Part shown: piece after piece, positions 1-7,152 of the stretch
How the letters are laid out: each line of letters opens with the position of its first letter
How positions within the stretch are numbered: position 1 is the first letter of the stretch
Assembly: GCF_017876815.1 (NCBI RefSeq)
Contig: NZ_JAGIOS010000002.1
Coordinates: 480,001-512,000, forward strand
Origin: Sinorhizobium meliloti
Lineage (GTDB): Bacteria > Pseudomonadota > Alphaproteobacteria > Rhizobiales > Rhizobiaceae
Length of the DNA: 32,000 bases
Reading direction: 5' to 3'
The notes under the pieces: model-generated
Databases searched by the model: none
The model's input: only the letters and a program-made list of their open reading frames with translations
Told to the model about the DNA's origin: nothing
Made by a program: the position numbers and the translations under genes

Positions 1-280
1 CACCGTTGATCTGGGTGTCAAGATGGCTGCCGATCAGCACCGGCGGCAGCGACGGATCGCTTCCTTCGCGCCGGCCGAAGATGTTGCCGAGTTCATCGAT
101 CTCGACGCACAGGCCCGCATCACGACACCAGTTGACGAAGAGGTCGCGCATTCTGCGATCATCGTCCGTCAGCGTTAGGCGGGCGAGGCCGCCCGGCCGC
201 CCCTGGCCGATTTCGGCGGAAGTCTCGATGGTCGACCAGAAGCGATCGATGTTGGCACGGGTGTTCGATGCGAACGACAT
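1..280 (-). CDS. M20-family Zn amidase of the hydantoinase/carbamoylase group (allantoate amidohydrolase / N-carbamoyl-L-amino-acid hydrolase type). N-terminal ~93 codons only; the gene runs off the window start
   Basis: Not in the ORF track. My minus-strand translation from ATG 280-278 reads MSFASNTRANIDRFWSTIETSAEIGQGRPGGLARLTLTDDDRRMRDLFVNWCRDAGLCVEIDELGNIFGRREGSDPSLPPVLIGSHLDTQING. The GNIFGRREG...PPVLIGSHLDT block is typical of this amidase family. AAGGTG lies upstream of the ATG. It starts 37 nt downstream of dctM on the same strand. Confidence 0.7.
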   Translation of the reverse strand, partial: MSFASNTRANIDRFWSTIETSAEIGQGRPGGLARLTLTDDDRRMRDLFVNWCRDAGLCVEIDELGNIFGRREGSDPSLPPVLIGSHLDTQING

Positions 281-316
281 GGTTCACCTTTCAAATGCAA
301 TTGCGGACGAAGCGGC

Positions 317-1597
317 TCACATTCCGAGCGACATCAGTGTCATCAGCCCCGGAAAGAGAACGAGGAGGAACATGATGAGCGCCATGACGCCGATGAACGG
401 CAGCAGATAGCGGAAGGACGCCGACATCGGTATGCCACCGGTGCGGCACGCGGCCATCAGGTCGATGCCGAGTGGCGGTGTATTGGCGCCGATCGCCAGG
501 TTGATGGTCAGCAGCACGCCGAAATAGACCGGGTCGATCTCGAAGACCCGCAGCACCGGCAGGAAAACGGGCGCCAGGATGAGAATGATGGCGATCGATT
601 CCATGAACGTGCCGAGGACCAGGACCGCGACCATCATCAGCATGAGCGCGACTGTGGCGCTCTCGGTCGCGCCGGTGATGGCATTGACGACGAGCTGCGG
701 AACCTGCTCGACCGTCAGAATCCAGCCGAAGACGGAGGCGGCCGCGATGACGATGAGGATGGAACCGGTCATTTCCGTCGTGTCGCGCAGGAGGCTGAAG
801 ACCTTGGCGAGCGTCAGCTGGCGATAGATGAGGGCCCCGACGAGCAGCGCATAGGCGACGCCGATGCCCGCCGCCTCCGTCGGCGTGAAGATGCCGAAGC
901 GGATGCCGCCGACGATGATGACCGGCGCGAGCAGGGCAAGCACGGATTCGCGCAGAGCGGTGCCCAGCCGAGTCCAGCTGAACGGTTCTCCGCCCTTCCA
1001 ACCGTTCTTGCGGGAAATCCACCACGCGACGACCATCAGCCCGAAACCGAGCAGGATGCCTGGACCGATGGAGTGGATGAAAAGCTGCCCGATCGACGTT
1101 CCGGTCGCCGTTCCGTAGACGATCAGGACTATGGACGGAGGAATGACCGTGCCAAGCGAACCGGCGCAGCCGAGACCAGCGGAGGAGAAACCCGGATGGT
1201 AGCCGCGCTCCTTCATGGCCGGCAGCAGCATGGAACCGATCGCCACCACGTCCGCGACACCCGATCCCGAGAGCGAGCCGAACATCATGCAGGCGGCAAT
1301 CATCACGATAGCGAGACCACCCGTCCGCTGGCCCACGACTGCCGCGCAAAGATTGACGATCCTCGGGGCGAGCCCCCCATGCACCATGAGCAGGCCGGCG
1401 AGCAGGAAAAGCGGGATTGCCAGCAGCGTGAAGCTGTCGATCCCCGCCACCATGCGCTGCGCGACCACCATCAGCGGCAATACATCGCCGACCAGCAGAT
1501 AAGCGACCGAGGAAAGCGCAAGCGCGATCGCGATCGGCGCATCGATCAGGAGCAAGAGAATGAAGACGGCAAAGAGGACGAGAAGGGCAAGGCTCAT
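317..1597 (-). CDS. TRAP transporter large permease subunit (DctM family)
   Basis: 426-aa polytopic membrane ORF with typical DctM sequence (LLLIDAPIAIAL..., GIFTPTEAAGIGVAYAL). It overlaps the upstream DctQ gene by 4 nt (1594-1597). Confidence 0.9.
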   Translation of the reverse strand: MSLALLVLFAVFILLLLIDAPIAIALALSSVAYLLVGDVLPLMVVAQRMVAGIDSFTLLAIPLFLLAGLLMVHGGLAPRIVNLCAAVVGQRTGGLAIVMIAACMMFGSLSGSGVADVVAIGSMLLPAMKERGYHPGFSSAGLGCAGSLGTVIPPSIVLIVYGTATGTSIGQLFIHSIGPGILLGFGLMVVAWWISRKNGWKGGEPFSWTRLGTALRESVLALLAPVIIVGGIRFGIFTPTEAAGIGVAYALLVGALIYRQLTLAKVFSLLRDTTEMTGSILIVIAAASVFGWILTVEQVPQLVVNAITGATESATVALMLMMVAVLVLGTFMESIAIILILAPVFLPVLRVFEIDPVYFGVLLTINLAIGANTPPLGIDLMAACRTGGIPMSASFRYLLPFIGVMALIMFLLVLFPGLMTLMSLGM

Positions 1598-2070
1598 TTG
1601 CGCAGTTCCGCGGCAACGAGGGCAACGAAGGCGATGGCACCCGTGACCGGCAGCGCGAGATAGACGAGCCCCGCGGGCCAGCTCAGGACCGTGGTTTCAT
1701 GCGACCATGTCAGCACCGTTATCTTCCATCCGGACCAGATGACGACGACCAGGAACAGGAGGGATGCCAGACGCGCGAGTACGGCCAGGAGGGAACGGAA
1801 CCGGCCGGGCGCAACAAGCAGGTCCGTCAGGCCGGCGCAAAGATGCGTGTTGCGGACAAAGGCGGAAACCGCGCCGATGAACGTCACCCAAACCAATAGA
1901 AGACGCGGGATTTCCTCCGACCAGCGTGGTGTGAAGGAAAGGGCATAACGGCAAATGACGACGTAGACGATGATGGCGGTGAAGGTGGCGATGGCCAGGC
2001 CGCCCACCGCGCGGGCTACGTTGTCTATGGCATTGGAAATCCGCGGACGCGGTATCGATGCGTCTTGCAT
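1594..2070 (-). CDS. TRAP transporter small permease subunit (DctQ family)
   Basis: The track ORF is 1594..2154. I place the start at the internal ATG 2070-2068 (MQDASIPRP...), preceded by GAGGC. About 4 TM segments. It sits between the DctP and DctM genes. Confidence 0.75.
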   Translation of the reverse strand: MQDASIPRPRISNAIDNVARAVGGLAIATFTAIIVYVVICRYALSFTPRWSEEIPRLLLVWVTFIGAVSAFVRNTHLCAGLTDLLVAPGRFRSLLAVLARLASLLFLVVVIWSGWKITVLTWSHETTVLSWPAGLVYLALPVTGAIAFVALVAAELRK

Positions 2071-2153
2071 GGAAGCCTCGCTGGTGTGGACGGACGGACA
2101 TGATCCGGCGATGGGAAACGTCCTGCCCGCAACCGGCGGGCAGGACGACCGCA

Positions 2154-3152
2154 TTACTTGCGGTAGCTGTCCATGACTTCAAGCAGCTCGGGACCGAAGA
2201 CGTCCTTCTCGCTTTCCCAGATCGGCTTCAGGGCGTCGACGAAAGCAGCCTTGTCCACCTCGTTGAACTGCATGCCTTTCGATTTCAGCTTCTCGATCAG
2301 CGCGACCTCGTTATCGGCAACCATCTGGCGCTGCGCGTTGCCCCACTTGACGGCCGCTTCCTTCACGATGGCCTGGTCCTCGGGGGAAACCTGCGCCCAG
2401 GTCATGCTCGACACGGTCAGGCATGCGGCCCCCCAGATGTGACCGGTCATCGAAACGTATTTCTGTACTTCGTAGAACGACGAGGCATCGATGATCGAGA
2501 GCGGATTTTCCTGCGCGTCGAACACGCCCTGCTGCAGGGCCGAGTATAGCTCGCCGAAGGCCAGCGGCGCCGGCTGCGCGCCGAGACGTTCGAACGTCGC
2601 AAGCCGAACCTTGTCCGGCGTTACGCGTATCTTGATGCCGGCGAGATCGGCCGGCTTGACGATCGGGTGCTTGTTGTTGGTGATGTTGCGGAAGCCGTTT
2701 TCCCACCAGGCGAGAACCTCGATGCCTTTCGGCCGAAGCAGATCGGCAAGCGCCGTGCCGAGCTTGCCGTCGAGCGCGGCGAAGGCCTGCTCGCGACTGG
2801 TCCAGGCATAGGGCATCTCGATGATCCCGAACTTCGGCTCGACGAACTGGAAGGAGCCGCTGCCGATCAGGCCGCCCTGGATGGTGCCTATCTGCATGCC
2901 CTCGATGACTTCCTTCTCCGTGCCGAGTTGGCCGGAGGGGAAGATCTCGATCTTGACGCGGCCTTCCGTCTTCTCCGAGACCTCCTTGGCGAAGTCCGTC
3001 GAGGCCTTGTGCCAGCTATGGGTGTCGGCAAGCACATGGCCGAGACGGATCATCGTTTCGGCCATGGCAGCAGAATGAGCGGAAAGGCCGACAATGCCAG
3101 CGATCACGGTGGCGGCAAGACCGCGTGAAATTTTCGAAATGCCCAGTTTCAT
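2154..3152 (-). CDS. TRAP transporter substrate-binding protein (DctP family)
   Basis: Start taken at ATG 3152-3150 (MKLGISKISRGLAATVIAGIVGLSAHSAAMA, a signal peptide), with GAGGG upstream. The DctP-like body includes LGHVLADTHSWHKA, ENGFRNITN and QENPL. Confidence 0.9.
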   Translation of the reverse strand: MKLGISKISRGLAATVIAGIVGLSAHSAAMAETMIRLGHVLADTHSWHKASTDFAKEVSEKTEGRVKIEIFPSGQLGTEKEVIEGMQIGTIQGGLIGSGSFQFVEPKFGIIEMPYAWTSREQAFAALDGKLGTALADLLRPKGIEVLAWWENGFRNITNNKHPIVKPADLAGIKIRVTPDKVRLATFERLGAQPAPLAFGELYSALQQGVFDAQENPLSIIDASSFYEVQKYVSMTGHIWGAACLTVSSMTWAQVSPEDQAIVKEAAVKWGNAQRQMVADNEVALIEKLKSKGMQFNEVDKAAFVDALKPIWESEKDVFGPELLEVMDSYRK

Positions 3153-3190
3153 AGCGCCCTCATTTGTTGCGTTTATTCTAGGCATATTAG

Positions 3191-3244
3191 GCGGGCATGA
3201 TGCCCGCAACGCAAATAGCCTGACTCAATGGCAAACATTGAGTC
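3191..3244 (-). promoter_or_regulatory. Two hairpins/palindromes between ridA and the TRAP genes. Candidate terminator and/or operator
   Basis: GACTCAATG-gcaaa-CATTGAGTC (3222-3244, 9-bp stem) and GCGGGCAT-g-ATGCCCGC (3191-3207, 17-nt palindrome). Both lie in the 135-nt gap upstream of the dctP-like start. Confidence 0.35.
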
Positions 3245-3287
3245 CGCTTATGGGAGCGGCTGCGATTTCCTGTGAGAAACGACCGCA

Positions 3288-3680
3288 TCATCCAACGGTC
3301 GCGATACATTCGATCTCGACATCGAAATGCGTCCAGGGCTTGATCGCCACGCAACTGCGGGCCGGAAAGCCGCCAGGAAAATACGCGCGATAAACCGCAT
3401 TCATCTCCGCCGCCAAATCGTTATCGGTGATAAAGACGAGCGATTTGAAGACGTTGTCGAGCGAGGAGCCGGCATGGCGGAGCGTGAACGAAAGCGCGTC
3501 CATGCAGGCGCGCGCCTGGGTGGTCACGTCCCCCCTGACGATCTCGCCTGTCTTCAGGTCGATCGGCGGCATTCCGCACGTATAGAGAAAACCGCCAACG
3601 CGGGTCAACGCGGAGGTCGGCGCGCCCAGTCTTCGGATTGCTTCGGAAATCACGGGGATTTCAATGATTTCGTGCTTCAT
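3288..3680 (-). CDS. RidA/YjgF/L-PSP family reactive-intermediate (enamine/imine) deaminase
   Basis: Start at ATG 3680-3678 (MKHEIIEIPV...), with AAGGG upstream. Family-typical FLYTCGMPPIDLKTGEIV...DVTTQARACMDAL...VFITD...YRAYF...PARSCV. Confidence 0.85.
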   Translation of the reverse strand: MKHEIIEIPVISEAIRRLGAPTSALTRVGGFLYTCGMPPIDLKTGEIVRGDVTTQARACMDALSFTLRHAGSSLDNVFKSLVFITDNDLAAEMNAVYRAYFPGGFPARSCVAIKPWTHFDVEIECIATVG

Positions 3681-3986
3681 GTCGCATGACCCTTTATAAC
3701 GGCGCAGATCGTACCCGGTCGTATGGGACACCGTTTGCGCCACGTTTCAACCGATGTATAGCCGTAGCGTATGTCGTGTTCCAAGCCCTGCATCTTGTTC
3801 TGCATGGCCCCCCGCGGCAGCCACAAAGCTGCCGCCTAATGGTCAGCAAATTGCCCCCTCGTCGCCGCACCGAGCACTTCCGAGGCGTACATGCTCCCCG
3901 AGTCGCTTGCGTCGTTTCGACGGCGGAGCGAATGAGCAAGGCGGTATTGCTGCCGATCAAGTCATGCACGTCATGGAGGACAGAAC

Positions 3987-4421
3987 ATGATTACTCGCTA
4001 TACACTCGTTGCATCGCTGACCGTTGCAGCCTCCAGCTTAATGCTTCTCAGCCCGGCTTCGGCGCTCGAAATCGCGCAGGCGCAACAGGCGCAGCCGACA
4101 CAGACCCAACCCGACGCCAGCGGCACGAGCGCCCCGATCAGCGACCAGAAGATCGAGGCCTTCGCAGTGGCATATCTTCAGGTCGACAAGGTAAGGCAGG
4201 AGTACTCCACGAAAATCGGGGCTACCACCGACGAGGCTGCGAAGGCAAAGCTGCAGAACGAAGCCAGTCAGGAAATGGTCAAGGCGGTAGAGACCGCGCC
4301 GAACATGTCGGTGGAGGAATATACGACGATCTTGAAGGCTGCGCAGAGTGATCCGGCGCTTGCCCAGAAGGTTCAGGAAAAGCTCCAGACTTCGACGCCG
4401 CAGCAGCCGCAGCAGCAATAA
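3987..4421 (+). CDS. Secreted DUF4168-like protein with a Q/P-rich tail
   Basis: GGAGGA lies 6 nt before ATG 3987. Signal peptide MITRYTLVASLTVAASSLMLLSPASA. The pattern ISDQKIEAFAVAYLQVDKV...EMVKAVE...MSVEEYTTILKAAQSDPAL resembles DUF4168 as I recall it. Confidence 0.65.
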   Translation: MITRYTLVASLTVAASSLMLLSPASALEIAQAQQAQPTQTQPDASGTSAPISDQKIEAFAVAYLQVDKVRQEYSTKIGATTDEAAKAKLQNEASQEMVKAVETAPNMSVEEYTTILKAAQSDPALAQKVQEKLQTSTPQQPQQQ

Positions 4422-4498
4422 GCACGGTTCGACACTTTGAGCAGTTCCGAGAAGATCGCGTGACGGTCTTCTGCCGGAATTGCGCAATGTCAAAGACT

Positions 4499-4530
4499 TA
4501 GGTCGTTTCACCATTGAGTGAAACGACCTA
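4499..4530. terminator. Perfect 13-bp stem hairpin between convergent genes. Probable bidirectional terminator
   Basis: TAGGTCGTTTCAC-cattga-GTGAAACGACCTA lies between the stop of 3987..4421 (+) and the stop of 4537..4899 (-). The flanking U-runs are weak on both strands. Confidence 0.5.
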
Positions 4531-4536
4531 AGCTCT

Positions 4537-4899
4537 TCAGCCGACGAGCCAGAACAGCGCCGCGGCAATCAGAACGAACAATCCCACAGCGGCAAGGAAA
4601 CGCAGCGTGCCGGTGCTCGTATTGTCGCCGAGCACGCGATTCCAGTATTCGCCGCCAGTGGCGTCGTTCCCTTCGATGCCCGCTTCCGCAGGCGCATGCG
4701 TCGTCGCGACCTTTCCGTCGCCTGCACTGAAATTGCGCGGCTGCGGCTGTGGCGGGTCGGGGCGCGCCCGGTCCGCCTCGCCGAGATATGGCGCACCGCC
4801 TCCTGCATCGCCGGCATCGGCGACGTGATCGTCGGGCTCCGCACCACCGCCGGGAGCGAGACCAGTCCGGACCGGCATGCTTTCCTGTTTCCCCGCCAT
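4537..4899 (-). CDS. Hypothetical low-complexity protein with a C-terminal transmembrane anchor
   Basis: Internal ATG 4899-4897 (MAGKQESMPV...) is preceded by GGGAGG. The C-terminus LRFLAAVGLFVLIAAALFWLVG is a single TM segment. No family recognised. Confidence 0.5.
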   Translation of the reverse strand: MAGKQESMPVRTGLAPGGGAEPDDHVADAGDAGGGAPYLGEADRARPDPPQPQPRNFSAGDGKVATTHAPAEAGIEGNDATGGEYWNRVLGDNTSTGTLRFLAAVGLFVLIAAALFWLVG

Positions 4900-4914
4900 A
4901 GTTGGCCTCCCTTG

Positions 4915-4948
4915 TGCGAAATGAGAAAGGGGGCGCCATCGCGCCCCC
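4915..4948 (-). terminator. GC-rich hairpin plus T-rich tail downstream of the CBS gene
   Basis: The minus strand reads GGGGGCGC-gatg-GCGCCCCC followed by TTTCTCATTTCGC. It lies 25 nt after the CBS stop (4973) and about 30 nt before the next start (4899). Confidence 0.5.
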
Positions 4949-4972
4949 ACCCGTGCCGAAACGGCATATCGT

Positions 4973-5413
4973 TCAGCCGCTTCGATTGGACTGGTTGTGG
5001 GATCCACCGGGCTCGGTCACGCCCTTCAGGCCGGTGCCGGCCATTTGCGGTTGTTCACGGGCCGCGTCGGCGAGCGAGACTATCCCGACCAGCTGCTTGT
5101 CATGGTTCACGACGGGCAGCCGTCGAACCTGGATGTCGCCCATGTTGCGCGCGACATCGTCCACCTCATCGTCGTCGAAGCAATATTTCACGTCCGTGGT
5201 CATGATGTCGGCCACCCGTGCCTGAGGGTCCATACCATCGGCAACGCCGCGCACGACGATGTCTCTGTCCGTTATCATGCCGATCAGGCGGTCGTCGTCT
5301 CCGACCGGCATGAAGCCGATATCGTTTTCCGCCATCTGCCGCGCAACAGCCGTTATGGTGTCGTTGGGGCTTGCAAGATGAACGTCTCTTGTCATGATCT
5401 CCGATACACGCAT
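4973..5413 (-). CDS. CBS-pair domain protein
   Basis: 146 aa with two CBS motifs (MTRDVHLASPNDTITAVARQMAENDIGFMPV and IMTTDVKYCFDDDEVDDVARNMGDIQVRRLPVV). GAAGGAG lies 7 nt before the ATG. Confidence 0.9.
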   Translation of the reverse strand: MRVSEIMTRDVHLASPNDTITAVARQMAENDIGFMPVGDDDRLIGMITDRDIVVRGVADGMDPQARVADIMTTDVKYCFDDDEVDDVARNMGDIQVRRLPVVNHDKQLVGIVSLADAAREQPQMAGTGLKGVTEPGGSHNQSNRSG

Positions 5414-5426
5414 TTGTTTTCTCCTT

Positions 5427-5465
5427 CACGTTTCATCGGCACGTTTCATCGGCACGTTTCATCGG
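5427..5465 (-). repeat. Perfect 3 x 13-bp tandem direct repeat in the DUF2934-CBS intergenic leader
   Basis: The forward strand reads CACGTTTCATCGG three times (5427-5439, 5440-5452, 5453-5465). On the transcript this is CCGAUGAAACGUG x3, ending directly at the CBS Shine-Dalgarno sequence. Confidence 0.9.
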
Positions 5466-5499
5466 CGGCCCGGAATGCTCAAGCCGCCGTGACGGCCGC

Positions 5500-5814
5500 T
5501 CAGCGCCCACCGTCCGGGCGAGCCGCCGGATTTCCTTCGGGCGAAGCGGGTGCCCCAGCCCGCGCCGCGGTCTGCTTTTCGCGCCGCCTGCTGCCGTTGG
5601 CCTGGACCTCGCTCTCCGGCGCGGAGCCGTCTCTCTGCGTTTCCTGTCCTGGCATTTCCGGTCCCTGCATTTCCGGTCCCTGCATTTCTCTGGCCGCCTG
5701 CTCCCAGTGGCGCTGATGCTGCCCGTCCGGCCGTCCCTCCTGCTCCCAGATCGCATAGGCTCTGCGCCTGATGAGCTCTTCCCGTTCGTTGTCCATATCC
5801 CTTAGCTCGTCCAT
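5500..5814 (-). CDS. DUF2934 domain protein
   Basis: The N-terminal REELIRRRAYAIWEQEGRPDGQHQRHWEQAAREM matches the DUF2934 signature (RAYxxWExxGRPxGxxxxxW). AAGGGA precedes the ATG. An internal 15-bp tandem repeat (5652-5696) encodes EMQGP-EMQGP-EMPGQ. Confidence 0.8.
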   Translation of the reverse strand: MDELRDMDNEREELIRRRAYAIWEQEGRPDGQHQRHWEQAAREMQGPEMQGPEMPGQETQRDGSAPESEVQANGSRRREKQTAARAGAPASPEGNPAARPDGGR

Positions 5815-5856
5815 GTCCCTTACCTCGCCGCTGGACTTCGTTGATGGCGAGTTTCA

Positions 5857-5881
5857 AACGGCGCGACCGTCCATTTGTTCC
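5857..5881 (-). promoter_or_regulatory. EcfG-type (general stress ECF sigma) promoter, perfect GGAAC-N16-CGTT
   Basis: The minus strand reads GGAAC AAATGGACGGTCGCGC CGTT. The -10 element ends 43 nt upstream of the DUF2934 ATG (5814). Confidence 0.7.
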
Positions 5882-5907
5882 CCCCCGGCTAGATCCGCGC
5901 GGGACCT

Positions 5908-6072
5908 TCATATGTGCTTTGGCGGCTCCGGATTTTCGTCCGGATTAGGGACCGGAATTTCATCCGGAAGGCGGTCTGGATCAGGCTCTTCGATCGGCGG
6001 TTCCGGATACCATGGCGGCAAGTCCGGCGGCGGCGGCTCGGGTACTGGCACCGGCTGACGCGGGTTCGGCAT
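5908..6072 (-). CDS. 54-aa proline/acidic-rich microprotein (hypothetical)
   Basis: Internal ATG 6072-6070 is preceded by GGGAGA. The product is MPNPRQPVPVPEPPPPDLPPWYPEPPIEEPDPDRLPDEIPVPNPDENPEPPKHI. An EcfG-like motif lies upstream. The longer track ORF (to 6222) would run through its own putative promoter. Confidence 0.45.
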   Translation of the reverse strand: MPNPRQPVPVPEPPPPDLPPWYPEPPIEEPDPDRLPDEIPVPNPDENPEPPKHI

Positions 6073-6118
6073 TTTCGTCTCCCTTGAGCATGCGGGGGCG
6101 ACACCCCTCTTTCGGGAC

Positions 6119-6143
6119 AATCCCGACCGTGCGTGATTGTTCC
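6119..6143 (-). promoter_or_regulatory. EcfG-like promoter, GGAAC-N16-GATT
   Basis: The minus strand reads GGAAC AATCACGCACGGTCGG GATT, 47 nt upstream of ATG 6072. Confidence 0.45.
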
Positions 6144-6173
6144 GCCGCCGGCGCAGGGAACGGGGCGAAGCGC

Positions 6174-6199
6174 GGAACCCTTTGGGTCGATCGCGGGTT
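6174..6199 (+). promoter_or_regulatory. EcfG-like promoter, GGAAC-N17-GGTT
   Basis: GGAAC CCTTTGGGTCGATCGCG GGTT, 41 nt upstream of ATG 6240. It is divergent from the 6119-6143 motif. Confidence 0.45.
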
Positions 6200-6239
6200 T
6201 GACCCAACATCAGCAAGAGCAAAAGCCAGGAGAGAGCCC

Positions 6240-6983
6240 ATGCCCAGACATCCGGACTATGGCAGATACGATCCCTACGGCCGTCGCGATTGGGCCCGCC
6301 GCGACTGGGAGAACGAGCGCCACCGCGACCCTTACAACTATGGATCCGAGCGCCGCGGTCGGGCGCGCAGCCGCTTCGATGAGGATGTCGAGCCGCGTGG
6401 CGCCGACTACGAGAGCTCGATGTCGTGGCCGACCGGGAGCTACCGCGGCGGCGAAAGCGAACGCGAACGCTGGAACGACGACGACTACGATCGCAGGGGC
6501 CGCGAGCGTTATTTCAGGGATTATCACGGGCCCGGTTATGGCTATCGCGGCGAGGGCCGTTACCGCGGTTATGGAGGTTACGGCGAAACACGCGATTATC
6601 GCCGCGACCGCGATTTTCTCGACCGCGCCAGCGACGAGGTCGCTTCCTGGTTCGGTGACGAAGATGCCGAGCGCAGACGGGAGATGGACCGGCACCGGGG
6701 CAAGGGTCCGAAAGGCTACAGGCGCACCGACGGCCGCATCCAGGAAGATGTCAGCGACCGCCTGAGCGACGACGGCGCTCTCGACGCCTCCAACATCGAA
6801 GTGAGCGTGACGAACGGCGAAGTACAGCTCCACGGGTCGGTGAGCTCGAAATGGGCGAAACGCCGCGCCGAGGACTGTGCCGAAAACGTATCCGGGGTCA
6901 CGAATGTACAAAACAATCTGCGCATAGAGACGGCGGATACCGGCACTGTCCAGCAGAACCCGAACCTCACCGATCTTAGTTGA
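6240..6983 (+). CDS. SWFGD/BON domain protein with a disordered R/D/Y/G-rich N-terminal half (hydrophilin-like)
   Basis: ATG 6240 is preceded by AGGAGAGAG. The SWFGDEDAERRR motif is followed by KGPKGYRRTDGRIQEDV and a C-terminal BON-like segment (IEVSVTNGEVQLHGSVSSKWAKRRAEDCAENVSGVTNVQNNL). The track ORF start (6012) is upstream of the promoter motif and is unlikely. Confidence 0.8.
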   Translation: MPRHPDYGRYDPYGRRDWARRDWENERHRDPYNYGSERRGRARSRFDEDVEPRGADYESSMSWPTGSYRGGESERERWNDDDYDRRGRERYFRDYHGPGYGYRGEGRYRGYGGYGETRDYRRDRDFLDRASDEVASWFGDEDAERRREMDRHRGKGPKGYRRTDGRIQEDVSDRLSDDGALDASNIEVSVTNGEVQLHGSVSSKWAKRRAEDCAENVSGVTNVQNNLRIETADTGTVQQNPNLTDLS

Positions 6984-7061
6984 GGCGATTGCGTGCGTGC
7001 GAGCCGAGGAGCGCCGCGTAAGCTTGCGCGGCGTCTTTGCCTAGATCAGCGGAAGGCGCGC

Positions 7062-7083
7062 GGAAAACCGCACACACTTTTCC
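7062..7083. repeat. Dispersed intergenic repeat core (GGAAAACCGCACACACTTTTCC), with a second copy at 26788-26809 in opposite orientation
   Basis: The reverse complement of 26788-26809 is GGAAAACCGCTACACACGTTTC, which differs from 7062-7083 by one indel and one mismatch. Both copies are intergenic. Confidence 0.6.
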
Positions 7084-7152
7084 TCATCCCGCTCTTAGCT
7101 AAGGCCTATCGAGATACCGCGGCGGCTTGTTTGATTTCCTCATCCCTGTGCT

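Noticed and set aside
291-1640. 449-aa minus-strand ORF overlapping dctM in another frame
   Set aside because: This is an alternate frame of a clear DctM permease gene. The translation is Arg/Gly/His-rich nonsense.
3814-3835. 8-bp stem hairpin GCGGCAGC-cacaaa-GCTGCCGC in the 306-nt ridA/DUF4168 intergenic region
   Set aside because: There is no U-run on either strand and no adjacent promoter motif. Support for a terminator or sRNA call is insufficient.
5427-5696. Possible CRISPR-like repeats
   Set aside because: The 13-bp and 15-bp units are directly tandem with no spacers and are far too short. One set is coding.
5459-5911. 150-aa minus-strand ORF overlapping the DUF2934 gene
   Set aside because: It is in a different frame from the DUF2934 product, which has a clear family signature and Shine-Dalgarno sequence. 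It would also run across the EcfG promoter motif.
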